From the NCBI GenBank assembly GCA_951406725.2, contig OX597821.1, forward strand, positions 8,618,001 through 8,682,000: a DNA stretch of 64,000 nucleotides, in the 5' to 3' direction. The stretch comes from Octopus vulgaris (Eukaryota). This document shows positions 58,146-64,000 of the stretch, one piece after another. The position numbers were made by a program, and so were the translations under genes. The stretch's first letter is position 1; each line of letters begins with the position of its first letter. Under the pieces are notes generated by a model that worked only from the letters and a program-made list of their open reading frames with translations, did not search any database and was not told where the DNA came from.

Positions 58146-58506
58146 AGCTGTGTTGTTAAGAAACTCGCTTTGCAACCATATGGTTCCGAGTTCAGTCACA
58201 TTGCACGGCACCTTGGGCAAGTGTCTTCTACTATAGCCCCGGGTCGGCTAATGCCTTGTGATTGCATTAGCTTGAGGGAAATTCTCTTGAAGCCTGTTGT
58301 AAATATGTATGTGTATGTGTCTGTATTTGTCCCCGCACACAGCTTGACAACCGGCGTTGGTTTAATTACGTACCTCTAACTTCGCACTTCGTCGTGACTG
58401 TTTGATATAATAGGTATCAGACTTAAAATATATCTATCGGGGTTGACTTGTTGAATTAAGACCATTAAAGGTGGTGCTTAAGCATGGCCACAGCCCAATG
58501 ACTGAA
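58146..58506 (+). mobile_element. SINE family A, older diverged copy with tail interrupted by a Helitron
   Basis: ggcaccttgggcaagtgtcttctactatagcc ... agcatggccacagcccaatgactgaa; tail-like sequence resumes at 58898. Confidence 0.85.
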
Positions 58507-58897
58507 TTCTTTTTATATAAAAGTGAGGTTGTGTGCTGTCTGACTCCTACGATTTAGATTCCTAACTACTCCCACATTTTGCGGTGCAGTTTAACCAAAA
58601 CCGGGTATCTTATAGTCGTGATTCATATCGAGCCCTTCTGGGTATTAGCGCGCGTCTACGATGAGCCTACGATTTAAAAAAAATTACCATCAATTTTTCC
58701 CATTTTTAATGCATTTTTAGCATATATAATGGAAGTAACTCTCTAAAAATTTATTATTAAATCTAAGAACGTAAAAAGCTACAGTAACCCCCCTTGTGGT
58801 TAGCCATATTGAGATGGCTATTATACTTTACATGTCTAAAAATGCTTATATAGTTATTTCCCTTACAAACCCGAGCAACGCCGGGCGATACTGCTAG
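58507..58897 (+). mobile_element. non-autonomous Helitron
   Basis: 5' (t)tctttttatataaaag; 3' hairpin cccgagcaacgccggg followed by CTAG|T; no TSD. Confidence 0.82.
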
Positions 58898-60365
58898 TAA
58901 GAGATAAAATGTAAAAGATAAATGATACTATTGATCTCTGGTCAAACAATTCCCTCCCTCACAAATGAATAGCCAGTGAAGGATATGACAAGAGATAAAT
59001 TAAAAACCACGAACGAATTATAATTATGATTCTAGGGACCAAATCAAACAGGGACGAAAACATGTTAATAAGCATTTATAAGCATTCGCTACCGCACTCT
59101 TAACTATAAATGGTTTCAGGGATTTGTAGTTAAGATTTTTATTACAAATAAGTTTCTTAATTACTCTTTTTTAATATATTTAACATATTTATTTAAATAT
59201 TTTTGAGTCTTGGAGAGTTGCATCTTTGCACACGAAATGATTCCAGATAATTGGTCCACGACATATTGTAGGCAACATAAAATTGTACTGCAATGTATAT
59301 ATTGTGTGTAGGGGAGTGTAATAATTCCCGATACCCGAAAGGTTTTCATCTTCTGTTATGTATTGTTATAACAGTTCACCTACAAAGTAAACACAGTATT
59401 TATGACTGGCCTGTCCGCGTGAGTCATTTCAATCACTCACTGGCCATTCATATCACTGTTCATTATTGATTCTTCCCCACTGCGCGATATGTTTGTTTTC
59501 AGGGCAGGTATACTCCCCATTAAAGTTTCTCATCATTCTTGTTATATCGCACGTTCGGATAACCTCTACTCAACTCTGACGTCCAGAATTCTCCCTCTAT
59601 ATCTACGTATTGGGCTAGCCCACTTCATCATCTGGGGGCGTAAACACAACAATTCTGTACCGACTGTACTGACTTATAAACTGACTTATAAACCAATGTG
59701 ATTTTAGTAAACAAGGGTTTGCTTTCTGTTGGCATCAGATAGCCATCACTCATATTCAAGTCCTTTTCTAAAGATAAGGACTTGAATATGGTTCCTTGTA
59801 TCTGCATGGAACCTATTGTTTGCCTACAATAAGGATGAAGAAGAAAACTTATTAAATGTGGAATTTTAAAGGCCTGTGTCTGCTAAAAAGTAAATGTATG
59901 CTCTCTTTTGCATTATTTCCGATAGAAACTTCGTTGATGAAAGATAATATAATGATGAAAATTGAATATAGTCGAGTATATACATACATACATACATACA
60001 TACATACATACATACATACATACATACATACATACATACATACATACATACATACATACATACATACGTATATACATACATACTTACATACATACAATAA
60101 GATATAACGATAAATTAATATATGATATATTTAATACGTTATAATATAGGTGGCTAAAGCAATTAAAATTAAATTAGAATACATAGTTAAAGGTACAAAA
60201 TAGTACCTACAATTGCTAGAAATAAGAGCTAAAAATATAACTAGAATAGTCACACAAATATCACGAGACTCATGATATGTTCAAAGGGACTGCGAGCGGC
60301 AAGCCACAACATCCTCCTCATATATATATATACTTTATTTAAAGCAGCAGAAAATTCAACAAAAT

Positions 60366-60403
60366 CTGTTACTCTGAGTTTCTTGTTGCCGTTCATCAGA
60401 CAG
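60366..60403 (-). ncRNA. type I hammerhead ribozyme (minimal, stem II decayed)
   Basis: Minus strand: ctgt CTGATGA acg-gcaa-caa GAAAC tcaga GTA acag; stem I ctgt/acag, extendable by aaaa/tttt; in a ~90-bp insert between TA runs. Confidence 0.8.
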
Positions 60404-60417
60404 TTTTTGCTAGAATG

Positions 60418-60462
<45 letters not shown>

Positions 60463-60659
60463 CTGTTAAAATCGAACTGCACGCTTCAAAACTTACACTA
60501 AGAATAAGTACAAGTTAAAATTGATACCTGCTTTGATAGCAAATTGATGCAAGTAGTTTATCCAGTTCCCCTCCGACTTTTAGTTCATGCAATTTAAAAA
60601 ACCGCATTGTTTATGGAATGACCTAATACATACATACATACATACATATGTATGCGTCA

Positions 60660-61559
60660 GGGGCCACGGCTTCACCTCTCTGTCACGCCTCTCTGCTTTG
60701 ATGGTGTTCTGCAATTTCTGTAGCTGAGTAGCATAATACGCTGCGTTAATTGTGGTGCCCTTTGCCAGAAAATTTATCATCACTACCTCACGCTAGTCCG
60801 AAAAGACAGTGAGCCTCACTTTGCTCGCTAGGGGTTGGACACGATCCTGCTTTGTAGGTGGTGATTTATCATGCTTCCATTGCTTTGACGGTACTTTAGT
60901 CTCAGGATCATAGCGATGGACTCCTGTTTCATCCGGTGTGATAAGTCTGTTGAAAGAGTCCGCGTTTTCTTCGCATATTGCCAAAAGAACCTAGGAGCAA
61001 ATGACTGAACATCCGGGGAGTCCATCGTGCAGACAACTTCTGTATGTGCAAATGGTCGTGAATAATTTTTTTTTTGTTTTTTGCACGGAACCTACACTTA
61101 TCTTCAGTTCTTGGGCTAGTTGATAAATAGTTATACGGTGATCCTCCAAAATGGCAACTTCCACTTTATACATGTTATCGTCATCAATGGCTGAATGTAG
61201 TCGTCCAGGAATAGGAGCTGTTTCCACCGCTGTCCAACCACATTTGAACTAGGGGTGCCAGTGCTTGACTACATTGTATGATGGTGCATCGTCACCATAA
61301 ACTTCTTTTATCTCATCGAAAGTCTCTTTTGGTGTACGACCTTTCAAGTATAAGAACCTGATCACTGACAGGCATTCAACTACCTCCATTATCACACCTG
61401 AAGCCACTTCAGCAGCCGTAGAAGACAAACGAATACTAGTGGAAAGCTGTAATTCACAATGTGACATATACACACATGTATAATTATACCTGTACAAGTT
61501 ATATTTCCTGCAACAACCAGAAGTGGGCCAGGAGAAATCTTTAATGAACACCCCTCTTA
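60660..61559 (-). mobile_element. mariner (irritans/Hsmar2-like) transposase pseudogene, 3'-truncated
   Basis: TIR-like gaggggtgttcattaa at 61541-61556; [77 protein letters not shown]. Confidence 0.92.
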
Positions 61560-61608
61560 TGTATATATATGTGTATGTATATATATATATGCATATATAT
61601 GTGAGTGT

Positions 61609-61701
<93 letters not shown>

Positions 61702-62038
61702 ACACGTATAGGCATAATACATTCATATCATATACTTACAAGCATACATACATGCACATATACACAAATAGGTACGTTTATACATAAAATAAGTTGTTTT
61801 TGATGGAGTGATATTTACCGGAACATACTGCCGCTTCGTAAATACTCATGAGAATGTCGATGTTTATCGAATAAAAAACAAGTTTACTCTACATTAGTCG
61901 CACATTGAGTACATTATATTCGATAATGGCTATTTTGTTACTACCAGTGGTGACTTTTATCGCTACGTAAGCATACAAGTGTGTGTATATATATATGTAT
62001 ATATGTATATATGTATATATATATATATATACAAACAT

Positions 62039-62102
<64 letters not shown>

Positions 62103-62556
62103 CAAATATATATATATATGTATGCTTATACACATATACATACACTCTTGCACACACAAATACACTTATACGCACTCAGATACAAAGTATGAGAACATAC
62201 ATGATATTGGATTTCTTGACAGGTTCTTTTATGTATATGGCAATATAAGAATCATAATTATGCGTTGAACATAGTCCAGAAAAATGCAATAACATACAAT
62301 TCCATAAATACACACACACACACACACATACACCACATAAAAACACGCGCACTTCCTTTTGCCTTTTTTATATATATTTACAAATATAGCTGCTGACACG
62401 GACACATATATACATGCATGCATACACACACAGGCACACGGACACACAGATACACACACATATATTTAAACATGTGTGTGTGTGTGTATGTATTTATATT
62501 TATGTGTATACATGTTTATCACTCTACCTATCTCTCCTATCTCTTTCTCTCCCACA

Positions 62557-62588
<32 letters not shown>

Positions 62589-62721
62589 ATATATACATAT
62601 AAACACATACACACAGACACACACACATATAGATAGGTAGATAGATAGATACGCATTTCAATATATGTAATTATGTATAAGCGTATATATATTTATTTAC
62701 ATATACATATATGTGTGTGTA

Positions 62722-62780
<59 letters not shown>

Positions 62781-62792
62781 GTATATATATGA

Positions 62793-62883
<91 letters not shown>

Positions 62884-63806
62884 TATTATATGTGTGCATG
62901 CGTGTGCGTGTGCGTAATCTTTAGTCTTCTTATTGGCTTAAGATATGATGAAGTTTATTTTCGTCTTTTCACTCCAAGGAGATAATCTTTGCGGTAACAA
63001 GAACAACAGCAACATTGGTAGCAGCAGCAGCAGCAGCCGCAGCAGCAGCAGTAACACTACTACCAACTCCACCACCACAACCACTTGCAGCAACAGTAAG
63101 AAAAAAACAGAACTAATATAAAAAAATACAATCAACACGAATACAATGTAAAACTCACTATTGCAAGTTTATTATAAGCTTTATAAATTTTTTTTACGCC
63201 TATCTAGTCATATTATATATAGATACTTTCAAATATGCATGAGGAGACAGACATTCGCTCACGAATATCAAATACACATATATACATAGATACATATGCA
63301 CGCATGCACGTACACATACACTCAAATCTAGGTACACACACAAATGCATACACATGTGCGCATCTGAGTGCGATTATATATATATATATATATATACACA
63401 ATGCGTGTTTGTGTGTGTGTGTACGTGCGTGTATCTGTGCGTGCTTGTATATGCATGTGCATGTAAGTTTGTACATATATTCATAGTGCTTTTCGCCATA
63501 TACTAATGCCAAATATTACTATTTAGGGACGGTCATTTTGTCAACGAAACGCACGACCTGGCTGTATGTCACTTCTTTTTGTAATAATGATTTCTTGATT
63601 TCCGAAAGACTTCCTATACACAACCCAAAATTTTCAGTGTATTCTCCGCATCCTCTTTCACTTTACATTTGATAATTATATGGATCTTGATGATGCTGTG
63701 TGTGTGTGTATGAGGGGGTGGTATTTGTGTTTCATTTAATTAATTATTTCCCTGTTTCCCTTCGCCCTTACCTCTGTCTCCCACTGTCTCTTTTCCTCTG
63801 TCTCAC

Positions 63807-63874
<68 letters not shown>

Positions 63875-64000
63875 ATATATACAACTATGAGAGAGAATCC
63901 ACTATATGGACGCTCTTACGCTCGATATAGATCCGCAAAGGGACTCAACCACTGAGAATTGTTCTCAAGAAATAATTCAACACACCAAGAACGTCAGCGA

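Noticed and set aside
59400-59750. Possible RTE RT motif-B remnant (QG..YSPLKF)
   Set aside because: Single weak motif requiring a frameshift

Overview
AT-rich, microsatellite-saturated eukaryotic non-coding DNA. The SINE sequences and repeat landscape look like an octopus (coleoid cephalopod) genome; this is inferred, not proven. No host exon is recognisable: the listed ORFs are translations of simple repeats or remnants of transposable elements. The window contains three tRNA-derived SINE families, decayed mariner/Tc1/DD37D-type transposons and MITEs, two non-autonomous Helitrons, and fragments of RTE, CR1-group and R4/Dong LINEs. The main signal is eight type I hammerhead ribozyme (HHR) folds with a canonical CUGANGA core, from six sequence-distinct families, plus several decayed, half or variant-core ones. 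Almost all lie in short non-coding Penelope/retrozyme-like inserts beside (TA)n tracts. Two inserts share one architecture: a 502-bp or 425-bp monomer with one HHR, then the start of a second monomer, an omitted ~44 bp, and an inverted copy ending at an internal TATATA. This suggests reverse transcription of a multimeric or circular RNA with double priming from a (TA)n target.
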